Source: a virus
Lineage: Duplodnaviria; Caudoviricetes
DNA length: 53,289 nt
IMG/VR virus record: IMGVR_UViG_3300020473_000040
Span: 1-53,289 of that record
Direction: 5' to 3' (one strand)
The notes under the pieces were generated by a model that worked only from the letters and a program-made list of their open reading frames with translations, was not told the DNA's origin and ran no database searches. The translations under genes were made by a program, and so were the position numbers. Positions 19,447 to 29,107 of the stretch are shown piece after piece; position 1 is the stretch's first letter; each line of letters begins with the position of its first letter.

Positions 19447-19992
19447 ATGATTCTTGGTCTTGACATATCTACTAGTTGCACAGGCTGGTGCATAATAGAC
19501 TCTTCGTCAAAGCTTGTGAAGATGGGATACGTCCCACTTAAAAAGGAAAGATCGCCCTTTACAAAGGCAAAAAAAGTTAGGCAAATACTTTCAGAAATAA
19601 ACATTCAGTATGATATTGAAAGAATTTGCATTGAGGAAAATCTTCAAGCTTTTCGACCGGGCCTTTCCTCTGCAAAGACTCTTTTAACACTAGCTAGGTT
19701 TAATGGTGTTGTTAGCTACCTTGTCCAAGAAGAGTTTTGTATTTCTCCAGAGTTTATAAATGTTAACACTGCCAGAAAGTCTCTTGGTATTAAAATTAAA
19801 AGATCAAAAGACGGAGGCGCACCCACAAAGAATCAAGTTCATGACTGGGTAAGCTCTCAGATCTCAGAATCATATCCATGGCCTACGAAACGACTAAAGT
19901 CAGGACCAAGAAAGGGAAAAGAGGTTTATGAGCCTGCCTGTTTTGACATGTCTGACGCATATGTCATAGCACGAGCTGGTCAGATTATTTGA
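19447..19992 (+). CDS. RuvC-like Holliday junction resolvase
   Basis: Likely start is ATG 19447 (MILGLDISTSCTGW). The acidic residues of the RuvC/RNase H fold are present: GLD, IEE and DMSDA. Confidence 0.85.
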   Translation: MILGLDISTSCTGWCIIDSSSKLVKMGYVPLKKERSPFTKAKKVRQILSEINIQYDIERICIEENLQAFRPGLSSAKTLLTLARFNGVVSYLVQEEFCISPEFINVNTARKSLGIKIKRSKDGGAPTKNQVHDWVSSQISESYPWPTKRLKSGPRKGKEVYEPACFDMSDAYVIARAGQII

Positions 19993-20017
19993 AAATATTT
20001 TTAATCTGTGATATGAT
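19989..20017 (+). promoter_or_regulatory. Sigma70-like promoter, extended -10, predicting a leaderless primase mRNA
   Basis: TTGAAA(19989-19994)-N17-TATGAT(20012-20017), with TG at 20009-20010. The GTG start lies 6 nt downstream with no SD. Confidence 0.65.
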
Positions 20018-20023
20018 TTATAT

Positions 20024-20992
20024 GTGGTAACATTTACAAAAAAGATTTCATTTCTTAGAAGAGCTTTTGGTCATTGTGAGCTCGATAGGAAGAAAGAGAA
20101 TGCCATATTTGTTTGTCCTAGCTGCGGCCGCGGAACGGGTAAGCGAAAGTTCTATATTAATCTTGACACCTGGCAGTGTCATTGCTGGTCATGTGGCTTA
20201 AAAGGAAAGACAATCCTCAGCGTTTTAAGAAAATATGGAACGAGAGAAGATGTTGAATTATTTTTAAACATCTTGGGTAAAAAAGGTTCTATCTCACCTT
20301 CTGAGAAGGTGGAGGGTCTTGATGAGAAAGTTACACTTCCTGAGGGCTTTATTCTTTTAGCAGATCACCAAAGATCTATAGACCCAGATGTTAGGTCATG
20401 CATACGCTATCTTGCTTCAAGAGGGCTTCGAGAGAGAGATCTTTGGAGGTATAGATTTGGAACTGTTAGATCTGGAAGGTTTAAAAGAAGGATAATAGTT
20501 CCATCTTTTGATATGTTTGGTGATCTAAACTTTTTTGTTACAAGATCAATTGATCCAGGGGTAAGAAGAAAGTATATAAACTCCAACAACAATAAGAAGA
20601 ATATAGTGTTTAATGAGATTGACATTGACTGGAGTGCCGAGCTTGTACTTGTTGAAGGACCTTTTGATATGGTGAAAGCTGGTGAAAATTGTGCGTGCAT
20701 ACTCGGATCAAGTCTCACAGATGACCATCTTCTATTTTCAAGGATTGTATCAAATCAGACGCCTGTCGTCTTGGCTCTTGACGCTGACATGAAAGAAAAG
20801 CAGCAAGAAATAGCTAAAAATTTAAGCTCATATGGCTGTGAAGTTAAGATAGCATCTTTGGGAGATTTTTCCGACGTTGGTGATATGAGTCGAGAAGAAT
20901 TTAAAAATGCAATGATTAACTCTATTCCCTGGAGCCCATCTCAAAGGCTTAAGATGAGAATTGGATCTCTTCGAAGTGGATCTCTCTTCTAG
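20024..20992 (+). CDS. DNA primase (DnaG/T4 gp61-like: Zn finger plus TOPRIM)
   Basis: Zn-binding CPSC...CHCWSC and TOPRIM motifs LVEGPFD, LALDAD and DVGD. Confidence 0.9.
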   Translation: MVTFTKKISFLRRAFGHCELDRKKENAIFVCPSCGRGTGKRKFYINLDTWQCHCWSCGLKGKTILSVLRKYGTREDVELFLNILGKKGSISPSEKVEGLDEKVTLPEGFILLADHQRSIDPDVRSCIRYLASRGLRERDLWRYRFGTVRSGRFKRRIIVPSFDMFGDLNFFVTRSIDPGVRRKYINSNNNKKNIVFNEIDIDWSAELVLVEGPFDMVKAGENCACILGSSLTDDHLLFSRIVSNQTPVVLALDADMKEKQQEIAKNLSSYGCEVKIASLGDFSDVGDMSREEFKNAMINSIPWSPSQRLKMRIGSLRSGSLF

Positions 20993-20998
20993 TTCATA

Positions 20999-21005
20999 AT
21001 ATTTA
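20999..21005 (+). promoter_or_regulatory. Putative late-promoter motif ATAnTTA (ATATTTA)
   Basis: Intergenic, 21-24 nt upstream of ATG 21027/21030, with an AAGGA RBS. Confidence 0.5.
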
Positions 21006-21026
21006 TGCTTGTTGCTTAAGGAAAAT

Positions 21027-21464
21027 ATGATGAAGATTAGCAGAAGCCAGCTTAGAAAGATGATTAGAGAAGTTATGGTTGACCTTGAAGAAGATGCAGT
21101 CTTTTCTCAGCCTGATCGACTTGGATTGCAGCCTGAAAGAGATATCCCTGGACAGACGCCAGACCCTATTTGTAAAAAGTGCAAAATAAGACACCCAGTC
21201 AATGGTTGCGGAATGGATCATGCAGACCATGAAGAAGAGGGAAGAAATCTAAGCTATGGAGATCATCCATCTGCAGATAGAGAAGGTCGAATGACAAGAA
21301 GCCAGCTATTCAAGGTTGCAAGATATGCGCAAAGCTTACACGATACCCTAAGAGATGATGACGATCTACCAGAATGGGTTCAGGCTAAAGTGTCAGTTAT
21401 GTACAGCGATATTGGAAAGATTAAACACTATCTTGAGTACAAGCTAAAGCGGATGGAAGACTGA
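21027..21464 (+). CDS. Hypothetical protein with an N-terminal 'MKISRSQLRKMIREV' helix; possible head-associated protein
   Basis: Start at ATG 21027 or 21030 after AAGGA. C-terminal helical domain 'EGRMTRSQL...DDDLPEWVQAKV...IKHYLEY' and a small CKKC-x7-C/His patch. Confidence 0.65.
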   Translation: MMKISRSQLRKMIREVMVDLEEDAVFSQPDRLGLQPERDIPGQTPDPICKKCKIRHPVNGCGMDHADHEEEGRNLSYGDHPSADREGRMTRSQLFKVARYAQSLHDTLRDDDDLPEWVQAKVSVMYSDIGKIKHYLEYKLKRMED

Positions 21465-21469
21465 TCTTT

Positions 21470-21498
21470 TTGTACAGTTGGGTTTAATATCATAATAT
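21470..21498 (+). promoter_or_regulatory. Sigma70-like promoter predicting a leaderless SbcD-SbcC mRNA
   Basis: TTGTAC(21470-21475)-N17-TAATAT(21493-21498). ATG 21506 is 7 nt downstream with no SD. Confidence 0.55.
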
Positions 21499-21505
21499 AA
21501 ATTAT

Positions 21506-24500
21506 ATGAGGATAATTCACATAGCAGATGTCCACTGGCGTGGGCTTTCTCGCCACGATGAATATAGGGAATCATTCTCAGCTTTTATTAAGCAGGCTAG
21601 AGACCTACAGCCCGATATCATCTATATAGGCGGGGATATAGTTCATTCTAAGACTCAGGGCATATCACCTGAGCTTATTGATTGTCTTTCTTGGTGGTTT
21701 ACAGAGCTATCAAAAATATGTCACGTCCATGTGATATTAGGAAACCATGACGGGCTTCTTAACAACAGAGGCCGCCAGGATGCAATTAGTCCAATCCTGT
21801 CAGCTCTGGATAATCAGAAGATTCATCTCTATAAGGAATCAGGTGTTTACCCTACGGGTGTAACAGGGTTTAACTGGTGCGTCTTCTCTTGCTTTGATGA
21901 AGAGGGGTGGGATAGGGTTATTCCTATTGAGGGTGAAATAAATATCGCCCTTTATCATGGCGGTGTATGGGGGTCAAAGACTGATATTGATTGGGAGATT
22001 GAGGGAGAGGTAGATCTTGAATTCTTTTTAAATTATGATTTTGCCCTTCTTGGTGACATTCACAAGACACAATTTCTAAATGATAAAAAGACAGTAGCCT
22101 ATTGCGGCTCATCTATTCAACAAAATTATGGCGAAGACCCTGGAAAGGGATTTTTATTTTGGGATATTAGATCAAAAGATGATTTTGACGTTACATTCTA
22201 TGAGATTCCTCATCACAAGCCTTTTGTCACAATTGACTGGTTGGGAAGTGTAGATTTAACACTTGCTTCAACAGGAAGCATAGCAGATGGATCAAGGTTT
22301 AGAATCAGGTCAGATAGAAAAATACATCAGACTGATATTACAACTCTCTATAGGCGCCTCAAGGATTCAAAGCGTGCAACAGAGATTGTTTTTAAAATTG
22401 ATCAAGATGTAGATCCCGGAACAATAGATGCCGGAAGTGAGTCATTTTCAAAAAAGAACCTTAGAGACTTTAGTGTTCATCAAAAATTAATGAGAACATA
22501 TTATGAAAATACAGAAATATCACCAGAAACTTGGTCTAAAATTGAAGAAAAGATTTCTAAATACATTGGAAATATTTCCAAAAAAGACTCTATTACTAGA
22601 AACACTAGATGGTCAATTAGAAAGCTAAGTTTTGATAACACATTCGGATATGGAAAGGGAAATTCTCTTAATTTTGACAAGCTTGGAGGAATTACTGGAA
22701 TTTTTGGAAAGAACAGGCAGGGAAAATCATCCATAATTGGGTCTCTAATGTATTGCCTCTATAACACCACAGACAGAGGCGGGATTAAAAATATCCACAT
22801 AATTAACACGAGAAAGAAGCACTGTAAGGCATCTGTTGAAATAGATGTTAATGGTGTCAAATACAGAATCGACAGAGGGACAGTTAAGCATCAAGCCAGA
22901 AAAGGACATGTATACGCAACGACAAACCTGGCAATATCAAAAATAGATGAATCAGGAAGTGTCATAGAAGATATGTCAGGTGAGCAAAGAAGGGATACAG
23001 AAAAAGTTGTTCAAAGCTTGATCGGAACATCAGATGATTTTTTACTAACTTCTCTATCTTCTCAGGGTGAAATGAATGCCTTTATTAAGGAAAAGGCTAC
23101 TTCTAGAAAAAATATTTTAAATAAATTTTTAGATCTTGAAATCTTTGATCAGATGTTTGCAATGGCAAAAGATGACTCAGCAGAGATTAGATTAAGGGCT
23201 AAGAGCTTGCCCAAGATTGACTGGGAAGACGAGATTAAAAATCAAGAAAGGGAGATATTTGAAAAAAGAGAGAAGATATCTAAAGCTGAAGCCTTCCTAA
23301 ACAAACTAAGGTCACAACACCAAAATCTAAAAATACAACTAGCAACATCGCCCGATAGAGATGTTGTTACCACTACCGACGTTTCTAATCAGAGAGATTT
23401 GATCTCAAGTGTTTTAGGCTCTCTAAAGTCTGCAAAGAATCTTTTGAAAGACCTTTCTTCTGAAGTTTCCGACTCTGAATTAAAAATTAATAAAATTAAT
23501 ACTGTAAGATCTCAATTTCCTCTTGAAGACATAAAGGAAAAGCTCTTAGAGCTCAGGCAGAATAAGACGGACTTGCTAAAGCTAGAGCACGAACTAGATA
23601 GACAAAAAACTGTTTTAAAAAATCAAGAAAGATCTATTAAGAAGCTTGAAGGAGTTCCGTGCGGTGATCAATTTCCTTCATGTAGATTTATTAAAGATTC
23701 TCATCGAAATAAGCTAAAAATAGAAGATCAAAAAGAGCTTATATCACTGATTTCATCTCAAGCAAAGTCAGCTCGTCGAAGAATTAAGACGCTTGAGTCC
23801 GAAAACCTAGAAGAAAAAATTAATCGATATGATGATCTTATTAATAAAGAATCTGAGCTTAAGGTCAATATATCTTCAGTAAGAATAAAGATTCATGAGA
23901 CAAATAGTGAGATTTTATCTCTTGAAAAAAAGTTAGACTCTGCAAGAGATGATCTTTCCAACATGGAGATACACGTTGTTGATGATGTTGATGATAGCGT
24001 TGCGATAAAGCTTAAGAAGAAAATTTCTGATATCTCTAGTAAGATAGTTCAAGCAGATGCTAGAAGACTAAGTCTTGTTGAGCAGATTGGAAAATGTGAG
24101 ATGAGGCTAGCCAATCTTGTAGAGGAAAGAGATCTTTCTGTTCGAATATTCAATGAACTCGAAGTTTATGATCTCATTATGCAAGGAGTCTCCAAGCGCG
24201 GAATACCCAGGCTGATAATGAGGTCTCAGCTCCCCTATATTAATAGTGAAATTTCAAAAATACTTCAAGGGGTCATGGGCTTTACTGTTGAGCTAGAGGC
24301 AGACACTGATTCAAATTCAATGGATGTTTTTATTAACTACGGAGACTCTAAAAGAGTTATTGAGCTAGGATCTGGAATGGAAAAAATGATATCTTCTCTT
24401 GCAATTAGGGTTGCCTTGATTAATGTATCTTCTCTTCCAAAGCCTGATGTATTTATTATTGATGAGGGATTCGGTACACTAGATGAAAATAACGTTGCTT

Positions 24501-24643
24501 CATGCAACCTTCTTCTTGACTCAATGAGAAAGTGGTTTAAAAATATTTTAATAATCTCTCATGTTGACGGAGTCAAAGATGTTGTTGACAATGTTCTAGA
24601 TATATCATCAAATGGAAAAAATGCCGAGCTCAAATATAACTAA
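21506..24643 (+). CDS. Fused SbcD/Mre11 nuclease and SbcC/Rad50 ATPase (T4 gp47-gp46-like recombination exonuclease)
   Basis: N-terminal metallophosphoesterase motifs DVH, GGD, GNHD and GDIH. Then Walker A GKNRQGKSS, Q-loop SQGE, a long coiled coil, signature GSGMEK, Walker B/D-loop IIDEGFGTLD and H-loop ISH, all in one frame. Confidence 0.92.
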   Translation: MRIIHIADVHWRGLSRHDEYRESFSAFIKQARDLQPDIIYIGGDIVHSKTQGISPELIDCLSWWFTELSKICHVHVILGNHDGLLNNRGRQDAISPILSALDNQKIHLYKESGVYPTGVTGFNWCVFSCFDEEGWDRVIPIEGEINIALYHGGVWGSKTDIDWEIEGEVDLEFFLNYDFALLGDIHKTQFLNDKKTVAYCGSSIQQNYGEDPGKGFLFWDIRSKDDFDVTFYEIPHHKPFVTIDWLGSVDLTLASTGSIADGSRFRIRSDRKIHQTDITTLYRRLKDSKRATEIVFKIDQDVDPGTIDAGSESFSKKNLRDFSVHQKLMRTYYENTEISPETWSKIEEKISKYIGNISKKDSITRNTRWSIRKLSFDNTFGYGKGNSLNFDKLGGITGIFGKNRQGKSSIIGSLMYCLYNTTDRGGIKNIHIINTRKKHCKASVEIDVNGVKYRIDRGTVKHQARKGHVYATTNLAISKIDESGSVIEDMSGEQRRDTEKVVQSLIGTSDDFLLTSLSSQGEMNAFIKEKATSRKNILNKFLDLEIFDQMFAMAKDDSAEIRLRAKSLPKIDWEDEIKNQEREIFEKREKISKAEAFLNKLRSQHQNLKIQLATSPDRDVVTTTDVSNQRDLISSVLGSLKSAKNLLKDLSSEVSDSELKINKINTVRSQFPLEDIKEKLLELRQNKTDLLKLEHELDRQKTVLKNQERSIKKLEGVPCGDQFPSCRFIKDSHRNKLKIEDQKELISLISSQAKSARRRIKTLESENLEEKINRYDDLINKESELKVNISSVRIKIHETNSEILSLEKKLDSARDDLSNMEIHVVDDVDDSVAIKLKKKISDISSKIVQADARRLSLVEQIGKCEMRLANLVEERDLSVRIFNELEVYDLIMQGVSKRGIPRLIMRSQLPYINSEISKILQGVMGFTVELEADTDSNSMDVFINYGDSKRVIELGSGMEKMISSLAIRVALINVSSLPKPDVFIIDEGFGTLDENNVASCNLLLDSMRKWFKNILIISHVDGVKDVVDNVLDISSNGKNAELKYN

Positions 24644-24932
24644 AATATCAAGCGAAATCGTTCAAATTGAACATAGACTAGGGTTCACCATTGTCAAGCC
24701 CCTTCACGATAGCGGGGATGTTATTTCACTATTTTGTGATATTTGTGAGTTTGTTCTTGGAAGTGAAACGGACTTTATCTATTATAAAAAATATAAATGT
24801 TGCTTTTCGTGTGGGATAAAATGGGCTGATCTAAATCAAGATCTTTGGCATGAAGGTTGGAGGCCAGAAAAGGCCGATATAGAAAAAGAGATAGAAAGAA
24901 GATCCCATGAGCCAGTCTCTTTCTCTCTATAG
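24612..24932 (+). CDS. Small putative Zn-finger protein (106 aa)
   Basis: CDIC...CCFSC pairs followed by W-rich 'KWAD...WHEGWRP'. Overlaps the upstream gene end; start is uncertain (24612 or 24621). Confidence 0.65.
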   Translation: MEKMPSSNITKISSEIVQIEHRLGFTIVKPLHDSGDVISLFCDICEFVLGSETDFIYYKKYKCCFSCGIKWADLNQDLWHEGWRPEKADIEKEIERRSHEPVSFSL

Positions 24933-24959
24933 AAATATATAGATGTAGGAGTATTTGTA

Positions 24960-25340
24960 ATGTTAAGCTTTCGCGAAGTCAACGTACTTGGAAATATTTG
25001 TGATACAACTGTTGGAAAGTCTTCAACAGTTAGGTCTCCAACAATATCAATTAAAACCAGCCTTCAGGATGATAAATTTTCTGTAACGTATATAACAATT
25101 GTAAATTTGGCTTCTGTTTATGAAATGAGAGATCTTGCAAAAAGATATGAAGAAGAGTCAATTAAAATTATTAATGAATATATGAAAAATGTCAAGAGAG
25201 ACTTTAGATCAGAAGCTGGTCGATCTCTAAAGGTTAAAGAGCTAAATTCATCCGACACGATGGATGTAATTACTGCTTCGGCTTTTTCTCCTAGAAGAAA
25301 TGCATACTATAAGAGAACGACAACGTTTCGTATAGAATAA
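24960..25340 (+). CDS. Hypothetical protein (126 aa) translationally coupled to terminase
   Basis: AGGAG RBS and a TAATG overlap with the terminase start. No motif proving it is the small terminase. Confidence 0.7.
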   Translation: MLSFREVNVLGNICDTTVGKSSTVRSPTISIKTSLQDDKFSVTYITIVNLASVYEMRDLAKRYEEESIKIINEYMKNVKRDFRSEAGRSLKVKELNSSDTMDVITASAFSPRRNAYYKRTTTFRIE

Positions 25341-26965
25341 TGGCGACCACAAACAAGTCCAGGCAAGTTAAGGAAATTATCAAGTGTGGAAAAGATCCTG
25401 TATATTTCTTTAACAAATATGTAAAAATCCAGCACCCAGTCCGGGGATTGATATCTTTTGACACATACCCGTTCCAGGACCAGTGTGTAGACGACTTTAT
25501 TCAAAATAGGTTTTCTATAATAGTAAAGTCTAGACAGCTAGGTTTATCAACTCTTACAGCTGCCTATGCTGTCTGGCTGGCAATCTTTCAGAAAGATAAG
25601 AATATTCTTGTTATTGCAACAAAGCTAAGCGTTGCACAAAACTTTATTAAAAAAGTTAAAACAATGATAAGAAATCTTCCTCCCTGGCTTGTCCTACCGC
25701 AGATAGTGACAAATAATAAGCAGCTTTTGGAGTTTAGCCATGGTTCATCAATTAAGGCAATTCCCACTTCTGAAGATGCAGGTCGATCTGAAGCCCTGTC
25801 TCTTCTAATTGTTGATGAGGCAGCTTTTGTGAGAAATTTTGATGAGCTTTGGATGGGGCTATATCCTACAATTTCAACAGGTGGCCGTGTTGTCATTCTA
25901 TCAACTCCAAACGGTGTAGGTGGTCAATATCATGAACTATACACAAATGCTGAGGCGGGCTTAAATGAGTTTAAAGCAATAAGACTTCCCTGGGACGTAC
26001 ATCCAGAGCGAGATCAAGAATGGTTTGAGAAAGAGACAAGAAACTTTTCTGCTAGAAAGGTTGCTCAGGAGTACTTATGTGATTTTGCCTCTTCTGGTGA
26101 AACATTTCTCACAGATGATGATCTAAAGTATCTTCAGACCCAAATACAAAGCCCAGTTGACAGAGGTGGGAGAGATATGAATGTATGGATTTGGAAATAC
26201 CCTCTGTCAGATCATAGATATATTCTATCTGCTGATGTTGCAAGAGGAGATTCTAAGGACTATTCTGCATTTCATATAATTGATGTAGATGTTGGTGAAG
26301 TAGTCGCAGAGTATAAGGGAAAAATACCTCCTGATGATTTTGCAGTTCTTATAAATGAGTTTGGATTAAAATACAATAAGGCAATAGTCTGCCCAGAGAA
26401 CAATAGCTATGGATTTGCAACAATAATCAAGCTTAAAGATCTAAACTATCCAACTCTCTACTATAGAAGAAGAAAAGCTGTCTTAATTGGAGATTATATT
26501 CCTCCAGGAGATACTGAAATTGCAGGCTTTACAACTAGCGGAAAGACAAGAGGGTTGATTTTGACAAAGCTTGAGGAGGTTATTAGAAACAAGCAGATTA
26601 CAATTCGATCTTCTAGATTTTATGAGGAGATGAAAACTTTTATCTGGAAGGGCAACAAGGCGCAGGCGATGCGCGGAAACTATAATGACGATCTAGTTAT
26701 GAGTCTTGCAATAGGTCTTTGGCTTTATGACTCTGCCTCTGACCATAGTAGAAATTCCGCCGCCCTTAATAAGGCAATGCTAGAAGCAATGTCAGTAAAA
26801 AAGAATACTTTTGACATGCCAAGAGATATTCCTGGAGCTCTATCAGAGGGTAGGCCTTATAATCCAATTACAACAGACTCAGATAAAAAAAATCCCGGTC
26901 GATGGGAAGATCGCTGGGGAGAAAAAAACGTTATACCGCCTGAATATGACTGGGTGTATAAATAA
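25340..26965 (+). CDS. terL: Terminase large subunit (T4 gp17-like)
   Basis: Walker A KSRQLGLS, Walker B LLIVDEAAF, coupling motif STPNG, and nuclease-domain aspartates SADVARG..DYS and DDLVMSLA. Confidence 0.95.
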   Translation: MATTNKSRQVKEIIKCGKDPVYFFNKYVKIQHPVRGLISFDTYPFQDQCVDDFIQNRFSIIVKSRQLGLSTLTAAYAVWLAIFQKDKNILVIATKLSVAQNFIKKVKTMIRNLPPWLVLPQIVTNNKQLLEFSHGSSIKAIPTSEDAGRSEALSLLIVDEAAFVRNFDELWMGLYPTISTGGRVVILSTPNGVGGQYHELYTNAEAGLNEFKAIRLPWDVHPERDQEWFEKETRNFSARKVAQEYLCDFASSGETFLTDDDLKYLQTQIQSPVDRGGRDMNVWIWKYPLSDHRYILSADVARGDSKDYSAFHIIDVDVGEVVAEYKGKIPPDDFAVLINEFGLKYNKAIVCPENNSYGFATIIKLKDLNYPTLYYRRRKAVLIGDYIPPGDTEIAGFTTSGKTRGLILTKLEEVIRNKQITIRSSRFYEEMKTFIWKGNKAQAMRGNYNDDLVMSLAIGLWLYDSASDHSRNSAALNKAMLEAMSVKKNTFDMPRDIPGALSEGRPYNPITTDSDKKNPGRWEDRWGEKNVIPPEYDWVYK

Positions 26966-27010
26966 TTTATGTAGGATTGCTATTGATGTATAGTAGATCT
27001 GGAGAGTTTT

Positions 27011-29107
27011 ATGGCAGAAAGTAATCGAGAAGGTCTCTTTAGAAGACTGACTAAGCTATTTAGAAGTGGACCGGTCGTTAAGCGAAGAATTAAGGCTTCT
27101 TCTGGAGATAGTCCGTCTTCTGCTTTTGATATATTCGGAAAGACTCAAAGTCACGTCTATAGCACAGCAATGAGTGCATATGGGACTTATGATAGAATGG
27201 CCAGATACTCAGACTTTAGTGAGATGGAATACACACCTGAGATCGCCAGTGCTCTTGATATCTATGCTGAAGAATCTGCCGCTACAGATGAAAACGGTCA
27301 TGTTCTTCATGTTCACTCTGAGAATCCAAAAATTAAACAGCTCCTTGAGGATCTCTTTCTTGATACAATTAATATTGAATTTAACTTAACGTCTTGGGTT
27401 AGAAATCTTTGTAAATACGGAGACTTTTTTCTGTTTAATGACTTAAGCCCAGACCATGGCATTATAAATGTTCTCCCAATTCCCGTTAATGAGATAGAGA
27501 GGGAGGAGGGCTTCGACCCACAAGATCCGATGGCAGTTAGATATCGGTGGGTAACACAGGGGAATCAAGTCTTAGAGAACTGGCAAATAACTCATTTTCG
27601 CCTACTAGGGAATGATGCATTTTTGCCGTACGGCTCTTCTGTTCTCGAGTCTGCAAGAAGAATTTGGAGACAGCTAATTTTAGTTGAAGATGCAATGCTA
27701 GTCTATCGAGTCGTCAGGTCTCCGGAAAGACGAGTCTTTAAGATTGATGTTGGAAATGTACCTCCAGAAGATATTCCAAATTACATGGAGCAAGTTCAGT
27801 CGACACTAAAGAGAGCTCAGGTGGTTGACAAAAATACAGGAAGAGTTGACTTAAGATACAACCCGCTTTCTGTTGATGAAGACTATTATCTTCCTGTAAG
27901 GGGCTCTGAGTCAGGCACATCTATTGACACTCTTGCTGGAGGTCAAAATGCTACTGCCATTGAAGATGTTGAGTACATTCAAAAGAAGCTATTTGCAGCA
28001 CTTAAGATACCTAAGGCATATCTTGGATATGATGAAGGCTTAGGCGCCAAGGCGACACTGGCACAGGAAGACATAAGGTTTTCTCGTGCAATTAATAAGA
28101 TTCAAAGAACTCTAATCTCAGAATTAAATAAAATTGCCATCATACACCTTTATTCATATGGCTTCGAAGGAGAAGATCTTCTCGATTTTAGCTTACAACT
28201 TTCCAATCCCTCAACTGTTGCTCAGCAGCAAAAGCTAGAGCTTTTTAGGTCTAGGTTTGAGATTGCAGGCGGAGCACCTGAGGGAATGGTCGATAGAAAC
28301 TTTTTAAGAAAGACAATTCTAGGCCTTACTGATAAGCAGATAGAGGAAATAGAGAAAGGAAAGCTTGAAGATAAGCTTATAGATCTTAAAATTGAAGAAG
28401 CCAAGCTTCCTGAAGGCGGTGAGGCAGGTGGAGATGAAGGGGGAGCCCCTGAAGATGACATGGGTCCTGAGGAAGAGATGGCTGGTGATAATAGAAACAC
28501 CAACAATCTTCCTATCATTTCAACAGAGGTTTCTCCATATTCAACACCTGTATCTGAATCTGATGATGATTTTGACAACATAGTAAAGTTTAAGCTTAAT
28601 GATGAATCTGCACCGATTAGGGCAGCAGATAAGATTAAAAAATATTCAGCTATACTTTCTGAGGGCTCTTCTGAGGGTGATGACTGCGATGAAGAAGAGG
28701 ACGAAGAGTCTTATGAATATTCTCCAGAAGAACGAGAGAGAAGAAATAGAAATAGAAGAGTTAAAAATACTGTAACTGCTATGGGAGATCGAGGTCTCTT
28801 TCCTGATCTTTCAAAAATGACATCAATTGACACAAAAAGAGGGTCTAACACAGGTGATCCTTTCGGGATGCAGGCACACAGAAGAGATTTTTTAATAGAC
28901 CCAAACCCGTTAAGTGAAGATCTTTCCAACAAAAATGAAGATGATCAAGGTGATTTCTTTGAAAATTTTATTAATAGAAAGATAACGCAGCAGTCAAGAA
29001 TGACATCAGATATAAGTTCTACTTTGAAATCCCTTGAGAGTAGAATAAATATTTCTAACAGTAGCATTCTTGCTGAGTCAATAGAAGAAGATGAAGAGAT
29101 AGATTAG
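27011..29107 (+). CDS. Portal protein (T4 gp20-like) with a long acidic C-terminal extension
   Basis: gp20-type motifs 'EDAMLVYRVVRSPERRVFKIDVGN', 'EDYYLPVRG...IDTLAGG', 'DVEYIQKKLFAALKIPK' and 'EDIRFSR'. Follows terminase. Confidence 0.95.
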   Translation: MAESNREGLFRRLTKLFRSGPVVKRRIKASSGDSPSSAFDIFGKTQSHVYSTAMSAYGTYDRMARYSDFSEMEYTPEIASALDIYAEESAATDENGHVLHVHSENPKIKQLLEDLFLDTINIEFNLTSWVRNLCKYGDFFLFNDLSPDHGIINVLPIPVNEIEREEGFDPQDPMAVRYRWVTQGNQVLENWQITHFRLLGNDAFLPYGSSVLESARRIWRQLILVEDAMLVYRVVRSPERRVFKIDVGNVPPEDIPNYMEQVQSTLKRAQVVDKNTGRVDLRYNPLSVDEDYYLPVRGSESGTSIDTLAGGQNATAIEDVEYIQKKLFAALKIPKAYLGYDEGLGAKATLAQEDIRFSRAINKIQRTLISELNKIAIIHLYSYGFEGEDLLDFSLQLSNPSTVAQQQKLELFRSRFEIAGGAPEGMVDRNFLRKTILGLTDKQIEEIEKGKLEDKLIDLKIEEAKLPEGGEAGGDEGGAPEDDMGPEEEMAGDNRNTNNLPIISTEVSPYSTPVSESDDDFDNIVKFKLNDESAPIRAADKIKKYSAILSEGSSEGDDCDEEEDEESYEYSPEERERRNRNRRVKNTVTAMGDRGLFPDLSKMTSIDTKRGSNTGDPFGMQAHRRDFLIDPNPLSEDLSNKNEDDQGDFFENFINRKITQQSRMTSDISSTLKSLESRINISNSSILAESIEEDEEID

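Noticed and set aside
26957-26964. Exact T4 late promoter TATAAATA upstream of the portal gene
   Set aside because: I noticed it only once. It is formed by the terminase's last codons (TAT AAA TAA), and other structural genes use ATAnTTA instead. A sigma70-like TTTATG-N17-TATAGT is also present here, so the promoter cannot be assigned.
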